Notes under the pieces: generated by a model
The model's input: the letters and a program-made list of their open reading frames with translations, nothing else
The model's database searches: none
Told to the model about the DNA's origin: nothing
Made by a program: the position numbers and the translations under genes
Part shown: in pieces, positions 13,540 through 26,500 of the stretch
Layout: each line of letters opens with the position of its first letter
Position numbering within the stretch: the stretch's first letter is position 1
Assembly (NCBI GenBank): GCA_964035545.1
Contig: OZ037772.1
Location: 9,293,150 to 9,357,149, forward strand
Origin: Bugula neritina
Taxonomy: Eukaryota > Animalia > Bryozoa
DNA: 64,000 nucleotides
Direction: 5' to 3'

Positions 13540-16500
13540 ATGTATCAGTCACTGAATTTTGCTGACGCAGCAGATGCTAGTCAAGATGAGAATTCAATGC
13601 ACTGTACAGCTGAAGGGTGTAGCAAAGGACGTATAGCCACTAGTTATTGCGCTACGTGTGACATCACGCTCTGCCCTCATCATAAGAAGGTGTTGAATAT
13701 ATAACTCATTTTTCCATTTCATGTGTTTTAATTAAAAGATAAATTTCACATAAGTTTATAGGAGCCATTCCAGTGAGAAATCTTTGATAGAAGGGTTTTT
13801 TGGCATTCAGGCTAAGGACTTATTCAGATGTGGCACAGGAGCAATTATGACTGGATGTTCTTCCTAACATCACCAATGGCCTTTGTTGGGGTTCAAACCT
13901 ATGACTGTGTATTTGCTGAGCAAACACTGTAATTCCTAGACCACGCTGCTCTTATAATATAATGGAAAACTCAATATTTTTAAGAGAATCATAGTCCATG
14001 TGGTGTGTTCTTGTTAATGCATCTACCTGCAAGAAAGAGGTCTCGGGTTCAAATCCCAGAGAGAGCAAAATTTTTTTTCACTGAACTTTGCAAAAATCAC
14101 CTAATCAAAAAGCAATTGAGTTTTTATTAAGTGCATTAACTAATCAATACTCCAATAATATATCAATTTAGAAAAGACCAATCAGATCGATGAAATTAGT
14201 TTAACTTTTTAAAAATTTTTCATAACATCAATCTTTTTAGATTCATGGCACACTCTATGGTACGAGCCACAAAGAGGTAGGTATTGAAGTCTTGCAGAAA
14301 TCAAAAGCATTTGCAAACAAATCAGTGTGCGATGAGCACGGGGAGATCTTGATGGCAGCCTGCAGGAAGTGCGATAAGCTGATATGCTTTGCATGCGACA
14401 TCAACATAAGGGACTGCGTAGGTTAGTTCTACAGTTAACCAACTTAATTGAATACTAGTGACTTTCAAGAAAAAACTTTTTCTCCCTCTCTTCATCTCTG
14501 CCTCTCATTTTCTTTTTTCCCATCTCTCGATGTCTCTCTCTCACCTCTCTCCCCTCTCTCTCTCTAGCTCTATTTTTCACACTCCATCACACATAATTTT
14601 ATTAATTTATCTTGTATACTATTCATAACAATTGCACAAGCTACACTGACACGTACGTTATACTTTATACTACTATGTTTAATTATTTTAATTTATGATT
14701 ATGCTTCCTCTGCAGGACCAAGGAAAAGAACAGCTCAGGAATTTTTTGAAACTCCATAAAATATCTGCCTAAAGTTGCGTTTATGCCTTTGTTGTTTTAT
14801 AGTTTTGTGCTTTTAACTAAAACCATATCTACATAATATTTTATTGTTAATAATGCTATGTTGATGCTATGTTGATGCTATGTTGAGATTTATTGCTCGT
14901 TTAGATGGCGACCAACATGCCTATAAGTCTCTGCCATTACTGAGGAATGAGGTGTTAGCCTTCCTTCAGACTAAGTTAGAGGATGTGACGGGAAAGCTGA
15001 TCAAATTATCAGACATAGACAAAGAAGTACTGAAGAATTTTGAAGATCACAAGATAAAATGTGGAAATATTATAGAAGAAGTAACAAAAATCAGAAATAA
15101 ACAGGTTGGTTATAGAGCTTTCTATAAGGTTAGTTAAACCTTTATTCAAACTTTTTCTAATCTATATTTCTTAACTGATTAGGCTACTAATAGAATTGTC
15201 AAAATCCAAAACATATTTAGAAGAACAGAAATACTGATTGGGTAAAATTCTAATACTCCTGTGGATTTTTGAAGATTGAACAAATAAAACTAGAAAGTGA
15301 AAAGCTGATAGACAAAGTAACTTGTCACAAGAAAATGGTGGAAAGTGAAGTAGAAGCTTTCCGTGACAGCTTGAAGCTGAAAAGAAACAGATTGGACCAA
15401 ACAGAATTGAGTATCAACTATTTGATTCTAAAGGCTAACATGAGTGAAAGAATCAGACGAAAAAAGAAAATAACAAAAGAATTGGAGATTGATTTTGGAA
15501 ATTTGGAAATTAGTCAGCCACCAGTTTTAATCAAAAAAGGTGAAATGCTAAGTATTAATAGATATAAAACATTATTAGTATAATCTCAAACCATGAAATA
15601 AGCTATTATGTGTATGAATTTACCTTTTAAAGTTCTTTAAAGCTAAAACTTTATGGTAAGGCCATTTATACAAAGCTATTGAAAAAACCAGGTAAAACAA
15701 AATAAGTTTGCATAATTTATTGAAAATAGTTGTGTAGTGTAACAATTACCGAGTAGCTCCTGTGGTGTAATTGGTTGTAGCATCTGCTTGCAATTTGAAG
15801 GTCAGTGGTTCGAGTCCAGGTGGGGCCAATTTTTTTGTAAATTTTTGTCTTTTGTAGATGAAAATGTCATGCATTTGCTGGAGTCAAGCATCCTATTCGT
15901 TCCAACTACACTAACATACCTCTCTTCGTACGAGACAGATGGCTGGTGTCTTTCGGCCAGTCACAGATCAAACGGAGACATAATCATCGGAACTCAAAGT
16001 GGAATACAGTTACTAAGTAAAGATGCAGACACCTTAACCAAGTATGATTCAGAACAGGGATACCTATCTGTAGCTAAAGCGATTGAAAGAATGACAACCT
16101 CAAACTTCAAAGTGGTAACAGGAGTAATGGAGCACCACCAGAATACCTATATTCTACACAGAGTAAATGTTACGTGTAAATTGGAAGTGTGTTTGACTGA
16201 TGATATCAGCAAAAGAAAAGAACTCTTTCAGTTTGAGAGGACCGGAACGATTGCGCCGATGATGGCGATCTCGGAGAAATACGTAATTGTGAACGACCTT
16301 GACAGTAAGCAACTCATAGCCTATGACTTTGTAACTAAAAACACTGTCATTATCTATCCTTACATAGCCTTGTTAGGTGTACACTTTGTATCCGACAGTC
16401 ACTTCCTAGCAGTAGGTGAAGACAAACTAATTAAATACAGAATAGAGGAAGCTAGGATAATACCTGTATGGATCTGCGAGAATATCAACTCTGGATACGC

Positions 16501-16873
16501 CATCTGTACAGATTCTGATGGAGTCATTTACGTTGTAACAAGAAATATTGAGCAAGTAATTCATGTTATCTCACCAGCAGGTATATCAAATATGGAATTT
16601 TTTTAATTTTTTTTGCAAATTATTGTGTATCATGTTAAGTTTGATTAGCACAGTACTGAGTTTCAGTGGATTTATAGGCATTGCTTCATCTAGCTTGAAG
16701 TTTTTGTATTTAGTTCCGAAATTGATTATTTGGCTTTGACAGGACAGCCGATTTGTAAACTTGGTAATGAAAAACTACCAGAGACTGCGGTGGGAGTACC
16801 AAGTTTCAGAGATGGAGTAATAGCTGTACCAGGGTGGGATGATGGGAAGTTACATCTGTTCAAAGTAACATGA
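13540..16873 (+). CDS. TRIM-like gene A: B-box1/B-box2/coiled-coil/beta-propeller, no RING
   Basis: Exons 13540-13689 (MYQSL...CTAEGC...CATCDITLCPHH), 14241-14421 (CDEH...CRKCDKLICFAC), 14905-15104, 15275-15539, 15858-16580, 16743-16873. Phases are consistent and the protein is clearly paralogous to genes B-F. The start codon is inferred. Confidence 0.8.
13751..13950 (-). mobile_element. tRNA-derived SINE copy
   Basis: Same family motifs as 704-910. Confidence 0.75.
15756..15828 (+). pseudogene. tRNA-like element (tRNA pseudogene or SINE head); related copy at ~13993-14066
   Basis: A box TGGTGTAATTGG, B box GGTTCGAGTCC, 3' GGGGCCA; stems are imperfect. Confidence 0.5.
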
Positions 16874-17649
16874 AAAACATCAATTTTTATTTGGTGAATT
16901 TTACAAAGGCAAAGCTGACAGCAAAATAATAATAATTAACAGCTTATAATGGAAAAGATATTATTGTGAAGTTGTTGAAATATATAAAATTTTCCAAAAA
17001 CATTATGTTCATGTATTTATAAATGAGTGCTATTTAAATTACGTGCACTGTGGTACTTATAAAATAAATATGGTTGAGCAGGTATCATAGACCTTTGTGG
17101 ATACTTTACAGAACAGATTATTCCCAAGTTGCCATAAGAAGAAAAAGATAAAAGAAACTTTAATAAGCCTAAAATAAAACTTATATATACATGGTTGATG
17201 AAAAAGTTGCAAATAACACAGAACAAAATAAATTGCTCAATTTACCTAAATTTCCATAGCAAAATAACACATGGTATTAGCAAGGTGTAGTGATTAGAGT
17301 GCTTGCCTAAAGTCAAAATAAAAAAGGGAATGTTATAAAGAAGGGCATTCAGTAAAAATTTTTTCTAAGCAATTTTAGCAAAAAGTCTTAAGTCAGCTTA
17401 AAAAACTTTTTCTGTTCACACAGAGGATAGCTAATATAAGCGAGCTTATATAAAAGTTTATAATGCATGTCATTATGGCAGTCATTCTAAAAGGGGGTGA
17501 TTATAGTCTACAAATGAGCCTTAAACAGATTTTGAATTCTAGAGTCATGAGAGGAGGATTCCTTGTGGTATGATATGATACGAGAATAAGGGGGGGGGGG
17601 GAAGGGGGCCGTCATGATAAAAGACACGTCCCACGTATGCTACCATATT

Positions 17650-20600
17650 TTAGAGTTCAAGTCTAAATAAGTACAACTTTTCTTCATCCCAGCCAGGAAC
17701 TGCAAGAACACCATTTTGAATACTTGGGGTTCCTGCTATGTTTGTAGGTAGTTTGTCATGAGTGAGTGTCTGAAGCAGCTCGCCTACAAAATATAAAATG
17801 TAATAGATCAAAAGCTGTTCACAAACATCACAAAACCTCTTATATATAGCAAGTATTGTAATGCTAGAAAGATTATACAATTTATTTATAACAAAATCTA
17901 CTTTTATACAGTGTGTTCTATATGCTCTACATATATGTAGACTAAAGTATAAATACGCACGACTCTTTCTACTGCTGCTACATGGTTAAAAAGACATGGT
18001 CTTTCTTTTAGCAAATATATGTCTTGAGATTAGCCGAGCCTAACTAAATGTAAATTGCTATAGCAAGCAAATTTTCACTAACTGGCTTTATTGTATTTCT
18101 CCTGCCAGATGGCACCAAGTTATTTGCCCTCAAAGCAAATAAATATTGAGGAACTAAAGCTAGAAAGATGTTTCACCAGGCTAAAGAATTGTAGCACGGT
18201 TCGGCCTGTCATATGCTTATAGTTACCATGATCGTAAAAGTAAACAACTAAAAAGCAAAATAAACTCAATAAATTTTTGCTTCGGTGATAAGCTAAGCTT
18301 AACCTGAACTGAGGGAAACATGTGCTACTTCAAATTGCTGCCAAAAGTTTAACTTTTTGTCAAAACATTTTAGCAGCCTTATCCAAAAACTAAAAATGAA
18401 ACTTTTTCCTACCTTCAGGAGAAACAATATACACAGCTTTTACATTGTTGATTGTAGTGACATAGGCTAGTCCATTGGAATCTGTGCACAAACCACTGCT
18501 TCCAATTAATCCCTTACATTCCCATGTTGGAGTCAGGTTTCCGTTGTCTATTCTGAACTTAAAAAGAGTATCTTCACTTACTGTCAAGAGATTTTCATCC
18601 GGTAAAAACTGCAGATCATAAACAACAAAACTAAGATCAAGGTTCTGTGTTTGTTTGGTCATAAAATCAAAGAGAATGAGTTGGTTTGTATCTGGGTTGA
18701 TAGCTGCCACATATTTAGCAGATACAGCCATGCATGTAATTGAATCGCTTGTTTTCTCAAATTGGAAAAGTTTGTGCTTATTTGTCATGTCACTAGATAA
18801 ACACATCTCTACTTTGTCAGTTTTTTCTTCTGTGTGTAGAATATAACTAGTCTGATTTTTCTCAATAACCGTGGCTACTGATGTGTCTGTTTTATTGTAG
18901 TTAATCGGTCTTTTACCGCTTCTACCCAACAACTGTGTTCCAATCTGTGTACCGAGCAATATCTCACCATTTTGTCTGTGATAAGCAGAGAAACACTGAC
19001 CATCTGTTTTATGTTCAGCTAGGAATGTTAAGGCTGATGGTATTGTAACCAGACTGGCTCCTATGAGTATAGATGATTGGTCAGCTGAATAATGAAGAAC
19101 AAACTATAATATGGAAAAATAACGCCCCAATAATTATTATCCAGTGCCAAATTGTTTAGCATTTTTAAATGAGTCACATCACCAGACTAACTCTCTATAA
19201 TATAAGAAGACTGCCTATATTACAAAGGCTGCAAAAGCTTAGACCTCACTATATGAGTATGTTGTTTTTATCTTATAGCATGTTTGATCAACAATAAAAA
19301 AACAGCATAAAAATTAACCAATTAAATTTGTGGCAGCATGGTGTCACTAAGAATGTCACAAATTTATAAAATTTATTTGCCAAAAACCGTCTATATATTA
19401 GATTATTCTATAATGCAAACTCACCATGACATGCCTAGAAACTAGAGTATTCAGCTATAATTAGCTATATGCTGTATTGAATTATTGTATTTCCGATTAT
19501 ATATGACAGAACGGTACATGTGAAAGTTTGTTTATCTCATCTATTTTGCTAAATTAATTCAGTTAGTAGAAAGAATACAATATTTTTTGGAAAAAAAACA
19601 TTTGTTAAAATATTAACTTTTTATCTAGCTTAATAACTTACAACTCCTAATCAGACTTAGTGGTTGACTGAGAAAACATTCACCAAGCTCTAATATGCCA
19701 TTCAGCTTTTCTGGTATTATTTTTCTCTGCTTTAATTTTTCTGCCATATTTTCATCAGCCTTTATCAAACGATTGATTTCAGTTTGCAATTTTTCCAACT
19801 CGTCTTTTTTCAGCATCAAACTGTTGTAGAAAGCTTCCACCTGATTGGTCACTTTTGTCTTGTAACCTTGAACCTTCTCCATAAGTTCTTGACTCTCTTC
19901 TTCTATTTGTCTTATCTGAATAAAAATACCGGTTGTCATTTTTAATTATCAACTATTTGCATATATAAATCATAGATACACTTTCAGCTTTTATATATGG
20001 CATGAAATTGAAAATCATGTCCAGACTCATCAATTATATTAAATATGTTTAATTGATTCGAAGTTCATGTTTTTTTGAGTTTTAATCTTTTAAAAGTAGT
20101 GGATAAACTCTGCAAAAGTTCAACAGAAAAAATTTGATACAAAAGCATTATAAACTCACTCTTTCTTTGCGTAGTTTTTGGATCTGCTTTACAAGTTTTT
20201 CACACCTCTGTTCCTGGTCCTCCAGTTCTCTCCAAATATTCTTGTCTACTTTGTATAGCTCATCTATCTTTTCTGTTGTAATCTTTAACTGAGTCTGGAG
20301 ATATGAATTTATCTCTTTCTTAAAGGAAGAAAGAGATCGGAAATTGTGTTGAGTTTGATCTACAATAAAATGTTTTGCTATTTACATGTTGCCCAAAAAC
20401 TACATTGTGAGTTTTTCTGTAATTTAATATTAGAAGTCATCTTAAAACAAAATCATTTTCAAAGCAGACAACTCTCAAAACACTGCAAGAATAAATAAAA
20501 TAACCATGTTTATACCTATTTCTATTTGTCCATTTATCAATTATTAGGATTGTCTTTTTGACAATTATTTGCCAAGAGTCATATTATATACTTAAAAAGA

Positions 20601-21605
20601 TTATGAGACTGATGTAAATGAAGTTATGGTAGCAAGACCTTTGGTACATATGGAAAACCTTTAGATAGCTGAAGTCTGAGTGCACATGCAAAACACATGG
20701 GAATATGATTCTAGTGTAAATCATAAAATTCTAGCTATAATAATATTACAATTATCGCTGTTATTGTAGAAGAACTGTCTGCACTATGGTATATATAACT
20801 CATACACACTGCCTTGAAAGTAGGTTAGTCATCTTATATTTGCTAATTATAATAAGTCTAGTTACTTGGATATGAATTATTTGGTATAACGTCAGTCATT
20901 TTTAAAAAAGGACAACGCAGCTCAACTATTCTGTGATAATTACTGCTGTATATATAAACCTTAAACATAAAAGATTACATTATAAATCAGAATAGTAAAA
21001 AATCTGCTATGAATTGAAATTATTTTACTAAATTTTAAAGCTGCAACTAAAAAGTTTAAAAATATGATGAAGTTAAATACCTTTACAATCTGCTTCATAA
21101 AGATCACATTCATTGCATATGAGTCTGTCACATTTCTTGCAAGCTTTGATTAAGATCTCTCCATGCTTTTCACACATTGGTTTAGTGTAAATAGCGAGTG
21201 ATTGCATGAGAGTGTCAGGGTCAACTTCATCTGTTGGTAGTTCTACTCGGGGCAGATTTTGAAGGATCAATGACTCATGGGTATCTCTAGAAAAAATATT
21301 AATAAAAACTTTTGAAGCATTTAAATTTATAATGGCTTCTTATAAAAGAAATGAAAATATTTTCAGCAACCACTTATAAATTTAAACCTAATCAAAAAAG
21401 TTATTGGAAATGTGTAATAAAGAATAATAATAACTCACCCACATGTAGGGCAGGTAACAGAGCCATGTTGGTTGTTATAGTATCCTTCAATACAACTCAA
21501 ACAGAATACATGCTGACAAGGCAGCTCTCTTGGATCTATCATAGACTCTGCTCTGGATGCACAGAAACCACATTCATAATCTGCAGACAGGTGTTGGGCA
21601 GCCAT
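17650..21605 (-). CDS. TRIM-like gene B: RING/B-box2/coiled-coil/beta-propeller (B-box1 absent)
   Basis: Exons 21605-21439 (C3HC4 RING CGFC...CQHVFCLSC...CPTC), 21286-21081, 20359-20160, 19915-19642, 19084-18413, 17783-17650; frame open across all junctions. Confidence 0.85.
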
Positions 21606-23508
21606 CTTGGTCAGAAAATGAATCGGAAAGATTCCAAACCTATGACATATAAGTTTGGCCAATTTTTATAACAAGTAGCAAGGAGGTGGCTGTCAAATTG
21701 CTTACCACAACAAATTATTTAGAAGAACAAAAATGGTGATGTAGTTTGCATTTAAAGTTAAAAATTGATTAGTTTAAAGCAAAACTTGAAAAAGACTATA
21801 TCTACATAAAGTTATTTAGCATCCCTTTAAACTAACTAGGATGACCAGTTCTGATTATAGTTGCAGAATTAAGTAATACATACCAGAGAACTTACTAGTC
21901 TAGATAATAGTAGAGTGTTACTTAATATATAAATTATCTGTTTTGTAGCTATAATCTAGCAGCTACACTGTATGGTATCAACTGGTACAATGAAAAATAT
22001 GTTTCATAACTAGTAGCTATTGACAACAATTATACATGCAAAATATGAAGTGTTATTGTAGACTCAGTTCCGTTAAATATATTACTCTAAAACTGTTTAT
22101 GATTCTTTACACAACATTGAACTAAGTAAAACAAAATCCTGAGGCTGAAAGGGGCAGTACCTTATTTTGTTTGCTAGAACAGTCATGTTAGCTGAATAAA
22201 GTTAATGAAATGTAAGAAAGTAGCATTGATGTATTGAATTGTAGCACAATACAAAATATCGATTACAGCTAAACAATATATTTAGGTTTATTGTGTGCTC
22301 ACCTGCATATGAATAACTTTAAATATACAGCAGCTGATTATAAACTAGGCATAAGCTGCACACATTTAGTTATCCTTCAGCACAATGCTATATTATTATA
22401 TCAATATATAGGAGCTTTTATTTGTTGAATTATCACGACAATTGCAGGTCTTTTAAAAATGCAGTGTCATTGTATAAAATTTTGTAATTAATGTGTTAAT
22501 TTACAAGATTAATAGAAATGCAAGTATTTTTATTTCTTTTGCAATTGACTATTTCATAGTTAAATAATGACGATAGCTATAGCTTGTTTGTATTCTTAAT
22601 TAAGAGCAGCCATGCATGCATGATATGGCGGTAAAGAACTGCATGGTTTATAGTAAACATAAAGCCATTATATAGGTTCAAATCTAGGCGAAGGCTATTA
22701 AGCTGATGCTAAGAATGGTATTCAGTAATTATAATTGCTATTTTGTCACAATAAAAAGAAGGCCTTAGCCTAGCCCACATATTTTTATGGATGCAGGATT
22801 TATCTAAAAATTAGACAATAGCTTAGCATGCGCATGAAAAAGGTAATTGTTTTTTATTGTCATAGAAATAAAATATTGTACTCAATTATACCTCAATTTG
22901 CTTCTTCAAGTTATAGGAATTTGTATTTTTACTTAAATGCTAAACACAATAATAATTTACACAATTCAAACCACAATTGATTGTTATTTTATTAATGACA
23001 AGTAAACAGTCAGGTAGATGAATAAAAAATTACTCACTAAACAAAGAGTTCAAGTGATAAAAGTTGAAAACAAAGTCAGCTGGAAGGCATAGATTTTAGA
23101 ACATAACTAAAATTAAATGTAATACAGTCTATACTTTCACAAACTAAGTAAATTAAGAAAACCAAAATTAAAAATACGCAAACTTAAAATAAAATGCTTA
23201 CAAAAAGCATTAATTGTGACTTGTAAATGACAAATTTTGAACTGGAAAATTGTTTTACAAAAGATTCTTTCTGGATCATATTGAGCAGATAGCATGAAGT
23301 ATAATAATAGTTCTAGTAGAAAAATTAGTTGGTAAAGCAAGTAAATCTTAGAATATTATAAAGCTACTCGAACTTATAATTTTTTTTATAAACTTTTTAG
23401 CCTAACAAAAATGTCTGATAGAACTACAATTGCAGTGTACAAGTATGAAACTTCTAACATTATAAAGAGTGCATGTTGTCAGCTAGTCACTATTTTATTA
23501 CTTCTTTT

Positions 23509-26500
23509 TCAAGTTATTCTGAACAAACACAACTTGTTATCACCCCAACCAGGTACAGCAATTACTCCATCTCTGATACTTGGTACTCCTACAAACTCTG
23601 AGGGTAGTTTGTCATGAGAGAGTGTTTGAAGTAACTCACCTGCAAAACATGAAACTTGTTTAGTTTATATTAGTTGTATTAAAACACTGTAATAAAAGAA
23701 TAATAAGAAAAGAAAAATCTGAACTTTATATACACAGAGAGAAATATTAGCGCAGCGCTTGCACTAAAGTTGTTCAAAGAGCCTTTTATTGCCGGTATAG
23801 CCTGCACCACACCTCTAATAGTCGTTAGACCTGCACTTATTTTGATGAAATTGAAAATTAATCTGATTAGTGTAAGCTGAAAAATATTTTGTAGTAGCTC
23901 TGAAACCACTTAGTTGTTAAGTCAACACTACTTTTCACAAGTATTACGTAATCATCATCCCTAGGTCTGAATGAAGCTAAACAGTAGTTGATAGGAGCAG
24001 AAAGTGAGATCAATGCTACAACTACATATGTTCAAGTTAAATTTTATTTACATAAGAATTATGGAACAATCGGCAGTTGTTTACCTAACAACATTATTCC
24101 TTCACATGTGCACTAATGATGATTACAAACCTTTATAGGAAGATAGGATAGAATTGAACCCTACATTTGGGTCATTTCAATTGGTGCTTCCCAGTTAGAT
24201 GCTATTTATACATTTTACGTGCAATTTATTTGAATACTATTGAAATATATGTGTATTTAAATAAATTTGAGTCAATTGCTTTTTATAATTGGCACACAAA
24301 TAAATTTCTTTGCTCTGCATAAACCTATTAATTTTGCATTTTCTATATTTTTTGTTTTTTGAAAAAATGTTATTATTAATGCATTTAATGCTTTTTTTCA
24401 ACACAAATTTGGAAAAATTTAAATATTATTGCAAATATATCATATTTTTGGTTATTTTATGTTTAGCAATTGATATGAAAGTTATATAAGGGTATATAGG
24501 TATATAATACTTAGTACCAAAACAAAAAATACAACCTAACTGGGGAGCATATAAGTGGAATGAAACTCCTTCAACCTACTAGCTGTTTATGATTTCGAAA
24601 TTTTTTTGAAGCCAAGACATTTTCAAATAGCTTGTTACCAGACTACTATTAAAAATTGCCCAACTCCGTTTATCAAAGACTTAAATTGAATTTTAACTGC
24701 ACATATCTCTTGCATGGGTAGTTTAGGCTTCACTAGTCAATTTCATTCATGGAAAGGAAAGCCAACTAATTTAAAATGTGTGTAAAAGAGAGATCAGGGA
24801 GATGCACCATTAAACTCCAATGTACTCAGTTATCAGCAAATGTGTTTCAAACAAGAAGCTTAAAATTAACAATGAAACAAGCTACTGAATAGTCAATGGT
24901 GGATCAGGTGAACCACTTCAAAAGCCTTGTGTAAACTTGTGTAAACTACCTGGTGGAACAAAAGAAGATGTTGCATAACAGAGCTATAGTAAGGAAATAT
25001 TTAAATTGTAATTCAAAGGCAAGAAACTGGCTTACCAAGCAGTGACAGAGCAAAGCAAAGGTTATTACATAACAGCACATAGTTTTCATTCGCGGCTATT
25101 GACAGAAGAAATATTTTGCCGGCATAGTGAACACCAGAGGCTCAGACTAGGAGGTTGTGCTTTGAGATTCAGTGAATTTGTGCTTCCAAACAACCCCACA
25201 ATATGGAAAACATTGAATCATTTCATCACATGGGTAAAGATTGCAGCTACCTCTCAGAGATAAAAGATGATCACTTTCTTTCAGAGTTAGGAACTGAAGT
25301 TGTCATTGCAGCAAAAGGTAAGCCCAATCATTTGCTTAACGTTGTCATTTGATATCACAATGACAGTATGACTATTGCTGTAGACAGATAATTGATTTTG
25401 TGCAACCATAACTTTTAAGAGACCACATTGACTAATAATTCCCAAACTACTTTATTCCTATATCAATTTGATATGAGTTTTCCCGTAACAATCTATTTTC
25501 AAAAAATTTAGCGTTTTATTTCCACTTCATCTTTTAGCAATTTGTGCTAAATTCATTAATTTGAATTCCCTTCCCCATTGTAAAAGTATTGTTAATAATG
25601 CAGTTTAACAGCCTACAAGTAGTTATTAGCCTTAATCAGCTGCCAAGCTAGCTTCTTGTTTTATAGCTAAGTACCAAAATGCCAATATTAGTGGTGAGTT
25701 GGCAAAGTTGGCAAAATTTTTCATTAACTTCCGTGCCACCAGTTTATTCTTTTATTTATCTTTGCACAGCACAATTAAATATAAAAACATGTTTAGGTAG
25801 CAATATTTTTCTTGGTAGTACTTTATTTGTTTTTCAATTTATAGACATACTGAAACTTATCAATATCTGTTATCTCGATATGAGGGTTCCATATAAAATG
25901 CTGACTTCAGCTTAAATTGTGATTCACTGACATTTTGAGATAATTTTAATGCAGAGAAGCTTCTATTAACTAAACTAATTATGCCCAACAGCTCTTGCAT
26001 TTGTAATTAAGAAAGAAGTAAAATAAAATGATGGCAAAAATTGTTAGTAAATTTTGATAAGCTCAAACTAACCCAAACACTACGCAACATAATGATTATA
26101 AGTTTGCCAAAGCCTGTATGGTTATTCAGAATCAAATGATTGGTACTATGGTGCTGAAAATATGCTGAAAGATTTGTAGCTAACATCATTTATACTATTA
26201 GTTTTGGCCTTAGACTTCAGCTTCTTCAAAGTTGAACTTAATTTATTTACGCTGCTTGTGATTGTATATCTTAACCAAATGTTTACTGTTTATACTAATA
26301 CAGTTTAAATATTACCCAACTTTTATCTTTTGTTGTAGATCCCATAACATTTTTTAAGACCATGCACTCAAAAATGCTGAATAGGAGCACAAAAAAGAAT
26401 TTGACCGCTACAAAACTTTGAATCATGCTGAGACCTTCAGCCTGCAAGCAGGCGCACTCACCACTACATTACAAGCTTCACTGGGTGCTCTCGACACTAC

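Noticed and set aside
15756-15828. Functional tRNA gene
   Set aside because: Acceptor and anticodon stems pair poorly, and similar degenerate heads occur elsewhere; treated as SINE- or pseudogene-derived.
21606-21662. N-terminal extension MAKLICHR... of the RING ORFs (also at 44391)
   Set aside because: The ORF track uses a TTG start; the ATG conserved in all five RING exons is MAA(Q/R).
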